Assembly: GCF_009914755.1 (NCBI RefSeq)
Contig: NC_060925.1
Direction: 5' to 3' (one strand)
From: the human T2T-CHM13v2.0 reference genome, Homo sapiens
Length of the DNA stretch: 64,000 nt
Below the pieces are notes generated by a model. It was not told the DNA's origin, did no database searches, and saw only the letters and a list, made by a program, of their open reading frames with translations. The number at the start of each line of letters is the position of its first letter. The stretch's first letter is position 1. Positions 34,055 through 50,546 of the stretch are shown in pieces. A program made the translations under genes and the position numbers.

Positions 34055-35568
34055 CGTTTTTCTTTTTTTTTTTTTCTTAAAGAAAGAATGGAAAAATGCA
34101 TACATACCGTGCTCTGGTCCACATTTATTTGCTTTCATTTTGGTAATCCTCTGGGTCCTGCTGTGTGCTTGCTAGTCCCTTATCCAGAGCCTGAAGCCCA
34201 GACTCAGAACACAGTCTGCTGGCTGGGTTCTTCTCCTCATTAGAGATCGCCCAAATACCACTCTCATTGCTTGGACATACAAGTAGACCATGTCCCACCT
34301 CTCAATCCTTGAACTTCGTTCATGTGGTAAGATACCCTATTACACTATTTCTTCTGAAAATTTCCATTACTAATTGTTTCCCCGCATAAATGATTGCAGT
34401 ATGATTTGGTTGCGTGCCTATCTATGGCACTCAATTCCCACTATCAGCACCTGCAAAAGGCTCAGCTCAGTCACCACGTGCTCCATCTGAATAGGCAGGA
34501 CTAGAACCTTTCTGGCCTGGCCCATACTATTGCAAATAACTAAACAGGCCCTGTAGATACCCAAAGTACAATAAATCATGCTCTGTCTCGCAGCTGACAT
34601 TTCCCCTGGAATTCAACAGTCTAGATATATCAAGTAGATGGGTGGGTCAGGTCTACAAGAAGTCTATCTACATACACATGGTATTGAAAAGTCTCCTGTG
34701 CGGAAAAGTCACTCTCAGAGAAAAAGGAGTCAAACTGGGTCAAGTACAAAACTTATACTATAGAGAAGAGACATGCTTCTATGAGTTCAAATCTGTTTTC
34801 CAGTCTAGGCCTCCCACATATTCCCACCTGAATTCTAGTAAGAGAGTAAGAGAAAGAGGCTCTATGTAGTAAAACAGTGGAATGCACTGTAGGGCCACAT
34901 GGGAAACATTTGGAAAAGTAAACAGTAAGGAGAGAGGGGTATTCCCTCTACTTCTGTACCGCCTTGGCACACGAAGGACATCAGAGAACCTGGCATCTCT
35001 TAGGCATTCAAAGCACATTGGTGGCATTATCGTCAGGAAAGAGACAGCAGCAGCTAAAGGAAGTGACAGCAACACCCTGTTGGGCAGATGGACAGAACAG
35101 GAGTCGATGGGAGTCAGAACTACCCTCTGAGAGTAGCTCACCTGTGGATCCTGGAAGCAAAGGCGAGGCATTTTCATGCAACTTTGCACCCATCAACAAC
35201 AGAGAAAGGAAGCTTATACCAGGAAAAGTAGAGAAATAATGAATGTCATTTATTCAGTGACTGGATTATTATTGCACTCAGTGATAATAAACATCCTGCC
35301 TAATTGATCAGCAGAAAAAAAAATGTATTGAGTGAAGTAGTCTAGGGATCATGACTCCACAATTATTCATTGAGCTCAAGAGCCAATAAAAACATGATTA
35401 CCTAGCCACTCTGTTGACGACAGCAGAAAAATTATATTCATGTATTCATCTATTCATCATTTAAAAATAACCTGTAAGTACCTAACCACACATCAGGTTG
35501 GTATGACAAACAATGTGGAAACAGATGATTAAGTTATTCTCCAAAGGCATCTCATAGGTAATGATATG

Positions 35569-35946
35569 CAGGTTGAGCATCCCTAATTTGAAATTCCCAA
35601 ATCGGAAATGCTCCAAAATCCAAAACTTTTTGAGTGCTGACATGAGGACACAAGTAGAAGGTTCCACTTTATTTCCTGTTTCACACATAAGTACTTAACA
35701 CAAACTTTGTTTCATAAGGATGTAACACAAACTTCATTTCCATTTATTTAAAATATTGTATAAAATTATTTTCTGGCTATGTGGGTAAGGTGTATACAAA
35801 ACATCAACAAATTTTGTGTTTGGATTTAGGCCCCATCCCCCAAGAAATCTCATTATGAACGTGCAAACATTCCAAAATCCAAAAAAAAACCCCGAATTCA
35901 AAACACTTTTGGTCTGAAGCATTTTGGATAACAGATAGGCAACCTG
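35569..35946 (+). mobile_element. Tigger4b/MER46-like TcMar-Tigger element
   Basis: TIRs CAGGTTGAGCATCCCTAAT ... GGATAACAGATAGGCAACCTG followed by TA. Confidence 0.88.
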
Positions 35947-36414
35947 TACAATAGAATTTCAGGTTCCATGACAGAAATATATTTGAAGAGCTATAAAAGC
36001 TTGAATTAATCTACTGAGGAAAACAGCAGTTCATAGAAGTTTGACTGAGGAAGTAACCTTTGAATTGGACATTCTTAAGCAGAATGAAGGCAAAAGAAAA
36101 TATTATGGAAGTGGACTTTTGCAGGAGGTAATATTCTAAAGTATGTCCACAACAGAAAAATCAGGTAAAGTTTATTCTTGTACATTCCTTAAATCATCCA
36201 TGAAATATACATGAATTTGTGTGTATAACCTTATAGCATTTTTAACATTAAACTTTGAGAACCACTAGTCAGGTCTAAGGACATCACAAGAAACTGTCCA
36301 CATGGTCTACGTATAAAGATCATTCTGCTTTTAAGATAACTTCTTAACAAGAAATAAACAGAAATTTCTATTGTTTCTATTTGTCTGAAGGGTTTACTCT
36401 ATTTTATTTTAATA

Positions 36415-37480
36415 TGAAATCTCTATGACCACCTAACAACAGAGGTTCAAAATTCATGAAGCAAAAACTGATAGAACTGAAAAGAGAAATAGAAAAATCC
36501 AAAGTGATGACTGGAGATTTCAATTTCAACCACAATTTCTCTGCAGTTAATAGAACAAATAAAAAATAGGTAAGGATATAGAAGACATGAACAACAGTAC
36601 CAATCAAGTGGATCTAATGTCTATAGAATATTCTACTCAACAAGAACAGAATATACATTTTTTTCAAGTGCTTTTAGAACTTTCACCAAATTAGACCGTA
36701 TTCTGAGCTATAAAACAAACTTTAACAAATCATGAAAACTAAAAATCATACTAATTATGTTTCCTGCCTGAAAGATCAAAATAGAGCTCAATTACAGAAC
36801 AATAGCTGGAAGGTCCTCAAATGTTGTGAAATTTAAAAACATGTTTCTAAATAACCATAAGCCAAAGAAGAAGTAATGAAAAAATTAGAAAATATTTTGA
36901 ATTAAATAAACACAAAACCACAACATATTAAGTATTGTGGTATGCATTCAAGACACAGCTTAAATGAAAATTAATACCACCAAATGCCTAAATTTTTAAA
37001 AGAGCATCTAAGTTTCCATCTTAATAAACTAGAGAAAGAAAAACAAATTAAACCCAAAACAAACAGAAGGAAAGAAATAACGAAGTTAACTGAAGATATC
37101 AGTAAAATTGAAAGCAAGAAAACAAACAAAACCAACGGGAAAATCAAAATCTGGTTCTGAGAAACAAATGAATAAAACTGACAAATTTCTAGCCAGATTG
37201 ACCAAGATAAACAGAGAGAAGTTACAAATTATCAATATCAGGGAAAAAATGGGAAACATCACAAAGACAGCATCAATATTTAAGGAATAATAAAGGAATG
37301 TCACAAACTAGATACTTAACCACACTCTGACTCACTCAAAAACATTTTATGCTCACTCAAAAACCTGCTTATGAAAGTTTATAGAGGATTTATTCATAAT
37401 TTCCCAAATCTGAAAACAATCCAAATATCCTTCACCTGGCAAACAGATAAACAAATACTGGTACATTCATAAAGTAACAT
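36415..37480 (+). mobile_element. Old L1 (L1M) ORF2 endonuclease-region fragment, degenerate
   Basis: ACAGAATATACATTTTTTTCAAGTGC, AAAACTGACAAATTTCTAGCCAGATTGACCAAG; stops and frameshifts. Confidence 0.85.
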
Positions 37481-37576
37481 AGTTTCACATTTTGATTAAG
37501 TCCAATTTATCAACTGATGCAAAAGACCACAAGAAACAACATCTAAGATTGTTTTTTTTCTAGCATTTTTACCTGA

Positions 37577-37969
<393 letters not shown>

Positions 37970-39059
37970 TAGCATATGGCTATGACAATGGATTCAATGT
38001 TGGATAAGACAGAAATGTAAGCAGATGATGGGTCTTGAGGTCTTTTGCGTCAACTGTTCATTTGCCAAGTAACATGATTCACTCATATTATTCTCATAGA
38101 AACTTAAGCTCCCTTAATAACAAATCCTACATACTTCTCCAGAATGCCAAACGAGAATAGATTTTCTAGTTTAGAAATGAGAAAATTGTGACAATTTTTG
38201 AAGTACTGAAAAGGTTATAATCAGAGGAAAGGACCCAGTATAAACCTCTGTGATTTTTTTTTAAAGAAGGCAAAAAAGGAAAGGCAGATGTTGTGAAGGA
38301 GTGAAAAGAGAAAAAGGGAGAGTGTAGTGTTACATAAAATCTCAATTTAGGCTGAACATCCACCAAGATTCTACTGGAAATCAAGCATTTTACTCTCATT
38401 TCATTTCCCTAGGAATCCTGTGAAGTAGGTAATAGCTCTCCATTTATAGATGAGGAAAATTCAGTTTAGAGTGATAAATGACTTATTCAATGCTACATTG
38501 CTAGTTAAGTGAAGGAGGTAAGATTTACACTAAGAATTAGAGATTATACACTTTTTTTCAAGTGCCACTTTTGGGAGAAAAAATGATTAAATATCAGTAT
38601 AAAAGTATTATTTTGAGGAAAGAAGGCTCCTTAAAAAGGTACTCCAGTTGTTTGGAATAATTGCAGTCTCGTTTCAGTCTCAGCTCTATATGCAGTACAG
38701 CTCAATAAAGCTCTAATATGCAGTACAGCTCAATAAAGGTGGAATGCCAAAGTTCTCATCTTTTAGCCTCATGGCTGTTGTCCCACTTAAGGGACACAGA
38801 ATGGCTTTATAAAGAAATTAACATTAACCAAGTATATACTGCCACTTATCTCTCTTGCCTCATTTCTCAATAAAGAAACCTGAAAGTTACTTTCTATGGC
38901 TAGCTTCACCTTGAAGCATGTTTGTTTTATCTAATAAAGGAACTGTTTAGCTTAATTCCATTACTGATTTTGGTGTCAGATCACACGATATAAGCTAACA
39001 AAGATCTACTTCACTGATTGCATTGCAACATTATCTGAAAATAAAAGTGGGGTAGGAAG

Positions 39060-39358
39060 GGAAGGAGAAGGGAGAGATGAAGAGAGGATGGTAAATGGGT
39101 ACAAACATAAAACTAAATAGAAGGAATAAGTTGTAGTGTCAGCAGAGTAGGGTAATGATAGTTAAAAATAATTTACTGTATATTTCAAAATATCTAGAAG
39201 ATATTTAATGTTCCCAACACAAAGAAATGATAAATGTTTTGGGAGATGGATATCCAAATTACCATAACTTGATCATTACACATTGTATGCATGCCATCAA
39301 AATACCACAGGTACCCCATAAATATATACAATTATTATGTGTCAATAATGAAAAAAAG
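39060..39358 (+). mobile_element. L1MA-type 3' end fragment
   Basis: TGTTCCCAACACAAAGAAATGATAAATGTTT; TTGATCATTACACATTGTATGCATG. Confidence 0.85.
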
Positions 39359-39400
39359 TTAGAGTTTTATATAACTTCTATTATAGTCCTTTTCTTTTAT

Positions 39401-39436
<36 letters not shown>

Positions 39437-39999
39437 AGACAGACCTTAAACAATTATACAGAAAGTTGTCTACAAGGATGTTAAGAGTAATAACCAATCT
39501 ACTTTTTAAATAGTTGAGTGGGTTTTCAGAAAAAAAAGTATTCAATAAACAGGAAATATGTGCAAGAATAAAAAGAGAACCTTAATTATAATTATGTATT
39601 TCTTTTCAGCAGAGTGTTAAACTCTGGTAATAGAAAAAATATATTTTTTTCTTTTAATCCATGGACATTTTATTTACAAAATCTTATGATCATAGGTTTA
39701 TTAATGATCCTCAGACGTTTTACTACAAAAAATGCTTGAGATTATAAACCACGACAGAAACAAATAAAACCACCTCATGATAGTCTTGGAACACTAAGAA
39801 AAAGTCCTAAGACTAATATTAATTGACTTCTATGGTCAATGGTTCTCTGACATTATTGTGTGACCTTAGGTAGTAAATTAGCCACTCCACAAATTTGTTT
39901 ACTTATTTAGGAAGAGAAGTAGTAAGAATTCCTTTCCTATTACCACCTCAAATAATTATTGCCAAATTATATGAGGAAATACACACCAAAATACTTTGA

Positions 40000-40347
<348 letters not shown>

Positions 40348-40950
40348 TAGGTATGTAGTGATATATCATTGTGATTTTAATTGTTATTTCCCTAGGTGTT
40401 GGACATCTTTTTATGTGCTTATTTGCTATCTGTATAACTTTGGTAAAATGTTTATTTATATCTTTGCCCTTGGTCTAATTGTTTGCATTCTTACTGTTGT
40501 GTTAGAAGTTCTATAGTCTATATTCTAGATACTAGTCCTTTGTTAGATATGGGGTTTACCATTATTTTCTTCCGGTCTCTAGCTTGGCTTTTCATCCTTA
40601 CTTAACAAAGTCTTTCACAGGGCAAAAGGTTTTAATTTTGATAAAGTCCAATTTATTCACTTTTTCTTTTATAAATCATGCTTTCGGTATCAAGTCTTAG
40701 AGCTATTTGCCTAGGACTAGATTCTGAATATTTTTTGCTTTTTCTTTACACTTTTTATAAAGTTTTACATTTTACATTTAAGTCCATGCTCCATTTTGAG
40801 TTAATATATTTAAAGTTTGTACAAGGTGTGAGACTTGAGGTTCATTTATTTTAGTCTATGGACATTTAATCGCTCTAGTATCATTTGTTGAAAGGTGATG
40901 TTTCCTTCATTGAATTGCTTTTGAATCTTTGTCCAAAAAATCAATTGGTC

Positions 40951-41240
<290 letters not shown>

Positions 41241-42046
41241 CTATCTGTATGGGTATACTTCCACACCATCTATTGTGTTCCAAACTATCTATTCTGATTG
41301 CTAGTGGATTTATGTGTCTGTTCCACTGATAATCTTGATACTATAGTGACATAGTAAGTCTTGAAATGAGGCAGATTTATTTTTATCACATTATTTTTCT
41401 TTTCAAAATTGTTTTAGCTATTTTAGTTCCTTTGAATTTTCATATGAATTTTAAAATAATCTCAATATTTATAAAAATTTTGCTCATATTTTGATAAGAA
41501 TTATGTTAAATCTGTATGTCAGTTTGTGAAGAACTGAGACTTTACTATGTCGAGTTTTCCAATCAGTAAAAATTGCATTTATGTCCATTAATTTACATTT
41601 TGTGTGCTTCCTTTGATTAGTACTGTAGTTTTCAGCACACAAGCTCTGTACATTTTGTAAGATTTACACCTAAATATTTACTTTAAAATGTTTCTGATTA
41701 TTGTAAATGGTGTTATAATTTAAATTTTGATTTTCATGTGTTCATTGCTATGATAAATACAACAGATTTTTGTATGTTTATCTTCTATCTTATGAATTTG
41801 CTGAACTTATTTATCAGTTCTGTGGATGTTTTTGTAGATTTTTTTCATTTTCTATATAGACAATTATTCCATCTGAAAATGGTGACTGTTTTTTTTCCTT
41901 CCTGGTTTGTATGCCTTCCCCCAGCCCCATCTTATTGCATTAGCAATACCTTCCAGCACTATGTTGAATAAAAGTGGTGGAACCTGTTTCTAATTGAAGG
42001 GAAAAAGCTTTCAGGTTCTAGCCATTAAGTGTAATGTTAGCTGTAG

Positions 42047-42396
<350 letters not shown>

Positions 42397-43275
42397 TCCA
42401 CTATTGTTATTTTTATGAGAATTTTTTTATCATAAATGAGTATTTAATTTTTTTAAATGCTTTTTCTGAATTAGTTGATATGATCATGTGAGCCTTTTTT
42501 TCTTTAGCCTGTTAATACAATTAAACACATTGACTGATTTTCAAACAATGAATCATCCTTGCATTTCTAGAAGAAATCCCACTTTGATTATGATGTATAA
42601 CTCTTTATATGTTGCTGAATTCTATGTGCTAATATTTTGTTAAAGACATTTTTATTTATATTTAGGAGATACATCGCTCTTTAGTTTCCTTTTTTGAACT
42701 GCCTTTGGTTTTGGTTCAAGGTAATACTACTTCATAAAATGATTTGAGAGGTATCTTCTACTCTTTTGTCTGGAAGAGATTGTGAATTGGTGTTAATTTT
42801 TCTTTAAGCTTTTGGTTGAATTCTCTGGTGAAATCATCTGGACCTAGATATTTCTTTTTGGGGAGTTTTAGATTATAAATTTAAGTTCCTTAATAGTCAT
42901 AGGGCCATTCAAATTCTCGATTTCATGTTGGTTTACTTGTAATTTGTTTGGAATTGGCCTGCTTCATCTAAGTTGTCAAATTCATGTGTATAGAGTTGTT
43001 CATATGCGGGCAGGGGTGCCTCACTACCATCTAACAGAGATGTAAATTCAGGCTCCTTCCTGGGCTGCCTCTGTTATCACCCAGGTGAGGGTGTTTGGTC
43101 TCAACAGAGCCTCACAAAGGTCAAAGTCTACGTTTTCTACTCAGGCTTTGCTAACATGAGCAGAGGCGGGGCCAAACTTCTTTCTGTGGTGTTTGGCTGG
43201 AATAGAAAGGTTATTATCTAAAAGCTCCATATCTTGCCAGCCTGGCCCTTTCCTGATCATTTGGCTAGAGAAAAC

Positions 43276-43278
<3 letters not shown>

Positions 43279-43328
<50 letters not shown>

Positions 43329-43366
43329 GCTTTGATTTTGATTTGGCTTGGTTTTATTTTCTGTCT

Positions 43367-43405
<39 letters not shown>

Positions 43406-43451
43406 GTTTGCTTTGATTTTGATTTGGCTTGGTTTTATTTTCTGTCTGCAC
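43279..43451. repeat. Two (TG)n tracts within a tandem duplication
   Basis: (TG)n plus TTTGCTTTGATTTTGATTTGGCTTGGTTTTATTTTCTGTCTGCAC occurs twice. Confidence 0.97.
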
Positions 43452-46310
43452 CTGTCCGCATTTCCAGGATTCTAGTTCTTTAGCATTAAGAACTCACTGC
43501 CATGTGGTTTTTCAGGTCCCAAAGGCCCCAGCTCAAATGTTTCTTTTCTCCACTTTTCAGAGTCCTTTATGTATATTTTATGTATAATGTTCAGAATTTT
43601 TACTTAGTGGGATGAAAAGGCAAAGAATGCCTACTTCAGCTTCTAGAAACAGAAGTCATCCAGGATTTAGTTTTAAATGAATTGGTCAAGATGAATTTCT
43701 GGTACATAAAATAGGCCTAGTCAAAACATGAATAATTTATCCATGAAACAAATTCCTTTTCGTGACATTTTTCCTTGGTGGGCCAATCTGCTATTCCCCA
43801 TCAGAAAAGAGCCCAGGTGAGAGAAGAAGAAAATAGAAGAAAACAGAAAATCAGGAGGACTTTCTCTTTCTCACTCCTCACTTCATTCCTGCCTCACTCC
43901 CAAGGCAAGTTCAGAGCCCCACAGTACCAAGAGTTCAGGAAAATCCAAGGGCTGAATTCAACATCCATCTAGCCAGTAGAGATATTTTAAAAATCACACA
44001 TATTATACTGACTTGAAAAAATATTTTCAGCACCTACTTTTTAAGTACTCTTATGCTAAACACAATGGAGAAAATTAAGGTACAAAGGCATAGCCTCTTT
44101 CAGAAAATCCATAAAACCTGTATCCAAAGAACTATAATAATGGGCAGGTTCTGAAGAATGACATAGAATGGGCCACACATCTCTAGGATAGGATTTAAAA
44201 TGTCATTTAAATATAACACAAATGTTTGTATTGGGAACTCTAAATTGTCCTTGTCTACAGCCTTCTTCCTTCCCTTTCTTACAACCTATAAGATCAGACT
44301 TAAGTAAACTCCTAAGCTAATTTTGAATCATTTGTCCTCCCTAAGCCCATAATCACATGGCTAAGCCAAGAATTATTCAAACCTAATTCTCCCGCAAGAC
44401 CTCATCCATTGCTCACTGCTCCTGAAGATGGTCTTGAGTATCCCCCTGGATCTGGGCCTCAGACTGTCTTTGCCACTCTCCTGTGTTACCACATGGAGTT
44501 GGTCCCCGCCATGTTTGGTCAGGTCTCTTAGAATGATAACTTCTAACATCATGGATCCTGAAAATTAGCTAATGTGATTTCCAACTACTGTGTCTCATCT
44601 AGCTGATATTATCAATCAATTCATCCTGCCTGAATTTATAACACCACATTTGGATATAGTGTTTAGTTGCTTAACATATGTTCAATAAGCATAAATTAAA
44701 TACATATAGACAAATGGTCTAGAGCAGTCTTCATCATGCTTCTCCGGAAGGATCTAGAGTACTTATACAATTTGAGAAGATTGAGTTTCATACCAAGTAG
44801 GGACAGGGTCTGGAAACAGGCAGTACACAAACACTTGAATGTATGTTAAGACTGAGACTTCTGCTACAGAAAGTCAGAGGAAAGAATGTGACTTTCAGGT
44901 GAGATCAGCAAAGAAGGATTCCCTCTGCCACAAAATAACACCTTCTTTCCCAGAAACTCAGATTTCCTTTGATATAATTCACTATTAATTTTCACTCTAG
45001 GAGATGAAGCATCTGAATGAATGTTCCTGGAATATGCTTGGAACATGGGAATAAATCATGCTAGTTGATATGGAAGACAAACACAACACTCCAGCAATAC
45101 TCTCTTAGGAATTCCCTCATCACCATTTAAATTGTTGATTTTCTGCTCTTCTGTAGAAATCTCTAGTTCTGGATGAACATAAGCACTGTCTATATTCGTT
45201 AGACAGCACAATACATATTAGTCTTTAATTTATTTCACCTACACCAAACCTAAATTTTTTCTTCTTCTAACTTTATGTCCTAATTTTCTTTACTTAATTT
45301 TGTCTACATTTTTGTCATCATTTTCTCTTAGATTTTTGTTCAGCTTTCCTTGAAACCCAATAAAAGCAAAAATTATATTGAGAAAAGACAAAATTTCACA
45401 TCCCATATTCTACAGCTTGCTACCTCTGGGCACCAATGGACATTCAACTGAAATATAATTTTTTAAAGAATTTTATCAGTATAATAGACTCTTGGACTTG
45501 AATTATGAAGCCTAACAACTGGTGCTAAATCAGATGAAATTGTGAAGAAATGTCTGCAGTGTAGCTCTAACTAAAAGCTATATTCTAACAAGTCGGCGAT
45601 GGAGCCTCCAACTTTCTCATGCCTCTGGATGGAATTTATTCCCTAAACTCAGTAAAGCCACTGACTTTCAGAAAATGAATAATCTAAAAAAACTGCAAAG
45701 GCAAGGCTTTTGTTCTTTAAAAAAAGAAATGAAGCTAACTTCTGCTTATGGCAATGGAGATCAGTTTATTTTGCACCAATTTCCTACTGAAAATAACTAT
45801 AAAGGCTGAACAAAATGTCCAAAACCCATCTGTTTGAAGTCATCAGAGAGCCATCAAGGTAAAGAGGGGCTTCAGGGCAAATAATCTGACAGAGGCAAGC
45901 CAAGAGATGTTCACCCCCCAAAGCAGTTACTAAAGGCTTGGAGGTTGACAGGAGTATTTAAAAGTCGCACTGAGAAGGACAACACAAATTTGAGTTTAGT
46001 GCCTTCCAGGAATGAAAAATCCTTGGATAAAGACTTAGGATATCACTCTGCAATCTACAGGGCTTCACCCTGCAAGTGAGTGTAAACAGAAAATAGAACA
46101 AGCCTTATAAAGGTTTAAGAAAAGTTTTAGGTCAGCTCAAGTCCTAAAGGATTAAGGTGATTGGCATCTCACTTAGCTGCCTGGTAGAAGCAAGTTGAAG
46201 TCCCACCTGGAGAAAAACATTCACTGAAGCCTCAAAATGCCTTGCAAGTTTTCATCTAAAATGTATGACACTCAATGAAAAATTAATAGCATATTAAATA
46301 GATTTGACCA

Positions 46311-46665
<355 letters not shown>

Positions 46666-48233
46666 TTATCCATGAGAAATGCAGTTGTTGTATTTATCTG
46701 ATAGGACTTAAGATAACAGTGATTAAAATGTTTAAAAGATTAAATAAGGCAATACAATTCAGTGAAGAACAAAAAATTATAAAAACAAAGAAAATATAAA
46801 TTCTAGAACTGAAATTAAGAACTTTACAGATAGATGTAACAATAAGACATACAGGACTATTGAAAAAATAGTGAATTGGAAGATAGGTCAGAAATAAATA
46901 TTGAGAACAAAAGAGGGAGAAAAAATTACAGAAAATAAAGAAAAGAGCATGCAAAATTTATGGGACAGGTACAATGAAAAGATCTAATACACATGTAACT
47001 GAAATTTCAGTAAGACAATGAAAAGAAAAATGGGGCACAAGCAATATTTGAAAAGATAGTTGCTGAGGATTTTTCCAAACTGATCAAATACTTTATTCAA
47101 GAAATGCTATGAGCCTTAAGAAGAAAGAATACAAAGAAAACCACATAGCTAGATGCATCATAGTTAAATTTCTGAAAACCAAAGTCAAAGAGAAATCTTA
47201 AAAAAAGAAAGAGATAGAGAAAAAAGTGTATTAACTTCAAAGGGGGGACAATAAGAATGACAGCTAATAGCTGACTTCTTAATTGAAACAATGGAAGCCA
47301 GAAGACAGTAGAAAGATATCTTTAGAAAGGGGTGGGGGCAGAGGTCAACCTGTAATTATGTATCAGTATTAAGTGCAATACAAAAATTCACAAAATAAAA
47401 GCATTTTCACACAAATAAGAACTGAATGCACCAGCAGCAGATGAACAGAGAAAATACTAAAGGATATTCAAGAAGAAGTAAATTTGTACTAAAAAATGTG
47501 TAAAAAAAAACCCCATCTGTTTGAAGTCATCAGAGAGCATGGAGAAAAACATTCATTTAAGCCTCAAAATAGCATATTAAAAATATTTGACCAGCTAACA
47601 AGAGGGAAAGAAAAACCAGACAGTGCACACAAATATCCATGAGAAATGCAGTTATTGTATTTATCTGATAGGAACTTTAAGATAACAGTGATTAAAATAT
47701 TTAAAAGATTAAATAAGGTGATACAATTTATTGAAGAACAAAAATTTGGCGATGCAGAAAGGAATGAAGAGTAACTAAAAGGAGTAAATATGTGGATAAA
47801 CACAAGTGAATATTGACTATAAAACAATAATACTAAAGTCTTATGGATTCTTAAGTATTTAGAAAATTGTAACACATGAGAACATAAATTAGAGTATGGG
47901 TAAATGAGGCTAAAGTGTATTCTAACTTTTGCATTGAGTTGGTGTTGGTAAAAATAGTAATTTATGTTAGACTTGAATTTCAGGGATGTATTATATTTCA
48001 TAAGCTAGGGTAAGCACTAATACAATGGTAAAAGAATGTGTATCTGACCAGCTAGTACTGGGGAGAAAGGGAAAAATAAATAATACTGAATCCATCCAAA
48101 AGAATGTAAAAAAAAAAAAAAAAGAACAAATAAGGAATATGCTGGGTTAATTAGAAAATAAATGTAAAGTTCTAGATTTTAAACTTAATATATCAATAAC
48201 ATTAAATGTAAATGGACTAAACACTCCAATTAA

Positions 48234-48669
<436 letters not shown>

Positions 48670-49053
48670 TAATCAAAGTATCTTAATCTCAAAGTAGATG
48701 GTATAGCAAGAAGCACCACTAGAGATAAAGATCACTTTCCATAATGATAGAACAGTCAATCCATGAGGAAGACACATTTTAAAACTTGTGCACAGTTAAT
48801 AAATAGTGTCAGAATATACAAAGGTAAATTATTAGAAGTAAAAGGAGATATATAAAAATTCAAAATTGTAGTGAGAGATTTCCATACATATACTTATTAA
48901 CTGATGGACCAGGCAGAAAAAAACAATCAGTAAAGAGATAAAAGACCAAAAAAAAAAAAAAAGATTGCAAACTTGATCTAGTTGAAATATTCAAAACATT
49001 ACTACTGTATAATAATATTCTTCCCAAATGCATAATTTACCAAAATTAAACAT

Positions 49054-49103
49054 TATCTATCTATCTATCTATCTATCTGTCTACCTACCTACCTACCTAC
49101 CTA
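49054..49103. repeat. (TATC)n(TACC)n compound tetranucleotide repeat
   Basis: Directly visible. Confidence 0.95.
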
Positions 49104-50298
49104 GTTTCAAAGGTTTGGAAATGTGAAGTATATTTTCCAACCTAAATGGAGTTAACCTAGAAATGGGTAAGAAAAATAAGTAGAAAATATCATGGACTTG
49201 GAACATAGACTATTTTTCAATAATTCATGAGCAAGAGAAGAAATTACAAGAGAAATTTAAAAATAGTTTGAAATAATAATGATAATGTAACATCTCAATA
49301 CTTGTAAGGTTCAGGTAAAGTCATGCTTAGAAAGAAATTTATATTTAATATATACATGAGACAAAGGCTGAAAAATCAACGATTAAGCACTAAACTCAAA
49401 AAATCAACAAAGAGCAAATTAAATGCAAATAAAGTGAAAACTAGAAAACAATAAAAAATAAGAGTGGAAATCAATATAACTGAAGCAAACACATAATAGA
49501 AGAATAACTAAGAAAAAAGGTGGTTCTTTGAAAAGGCTAATATAGTTGATGATAACTTGTCAATACCCTGATCATAAAAAAGGCAGAAAAAAATCCATAA
49601 TGAACAATGAGATTATTACAGCTCACATAGGCATTAAAAAGGTAATAGAATATTTTGAATAGCTGTATGCCAATGCATTTGAAAATTGACATAAAATGAA
49701 CAAATTTCTGAAAAAACACAAGCTAACTAAACTGACACAAGAAAACGTATCATTTCTAAAAATATGAATATTTCTATATTTGTGAAAGAAAATACATTTA
49801 TAATTTTAAAACTTTTCATAGGAAAATCTATAACCTCAGTGTTGTTACTGGTAAATTTTACCAAACACATTTGGAAAAACAAAATACCAATCTTACGTTA
49901 AGTTCTTTCAGGAAACAGAAAAAACGTGGAACATTTTCCAGCTGTTTTTTTGAGGTTACCATAATCTTCATATCAAACCTGACAAGGACTTTACAAGAAA
50001 AATCAAACACCAATCATTGTCATAAACCCGTATGCAAAAATATTACAAATTTGTGCTAACCAAATCCATTAATATAGAAAAAAGATAATATACAACCAAA
50101 CAGCCTAGTTCGGTTTATTCCAAGAATGGAAAATTGGCATAACATGTAAAATCAGTTAATGTAATTCACCATATGAAGAGAATAAAAGGAAACAATCATC
50201 TCAAGAAATGTAAAAAAAAGAAGTCATCTGATTATTTATCTGATTTATTTATAATAAAAGCCCTTAGCAAACAAAGAATAAAAAAAAAAGACTTTATT

Positions 50299-50546
50299 GG
50301 CCGGTCTCACGCCTGTAATCCCAGCACTTCGGGAGGCCGAGGCGGGCGGATCATGAAGTCAAGAGATCAAGACCATCCCAGCCAACATGGTGAAACCTCA
50401 TCTGTACTAAAAAAAATACAAAAATTAGCTGGGTGTGGTGGCATGCCTATAGTCTCAGCTGCTTGGGAGGCTGAGGTTGCACTGAGCTGAGATTGCGCCA
50501 CTGCACTCCAGCCTGGTGACAGAGTGAGACTGTCTCAAAAAAAAAA
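50299..50546 (+). mobile_element. AluSc-like SINE with internal deletions
   Basis: Alu lacking part of the 5' end and the GCAGGAGAATC..GGCGGAGG segment; TSD ending GACTTTATT. Confidence 0.92.

Noticed and set aside
34640-35130. Overlapping ORFs and faint CR1-like similarity
   Set aside because: Similarity is too weak to call by eye, and the ORFs have no supporting features
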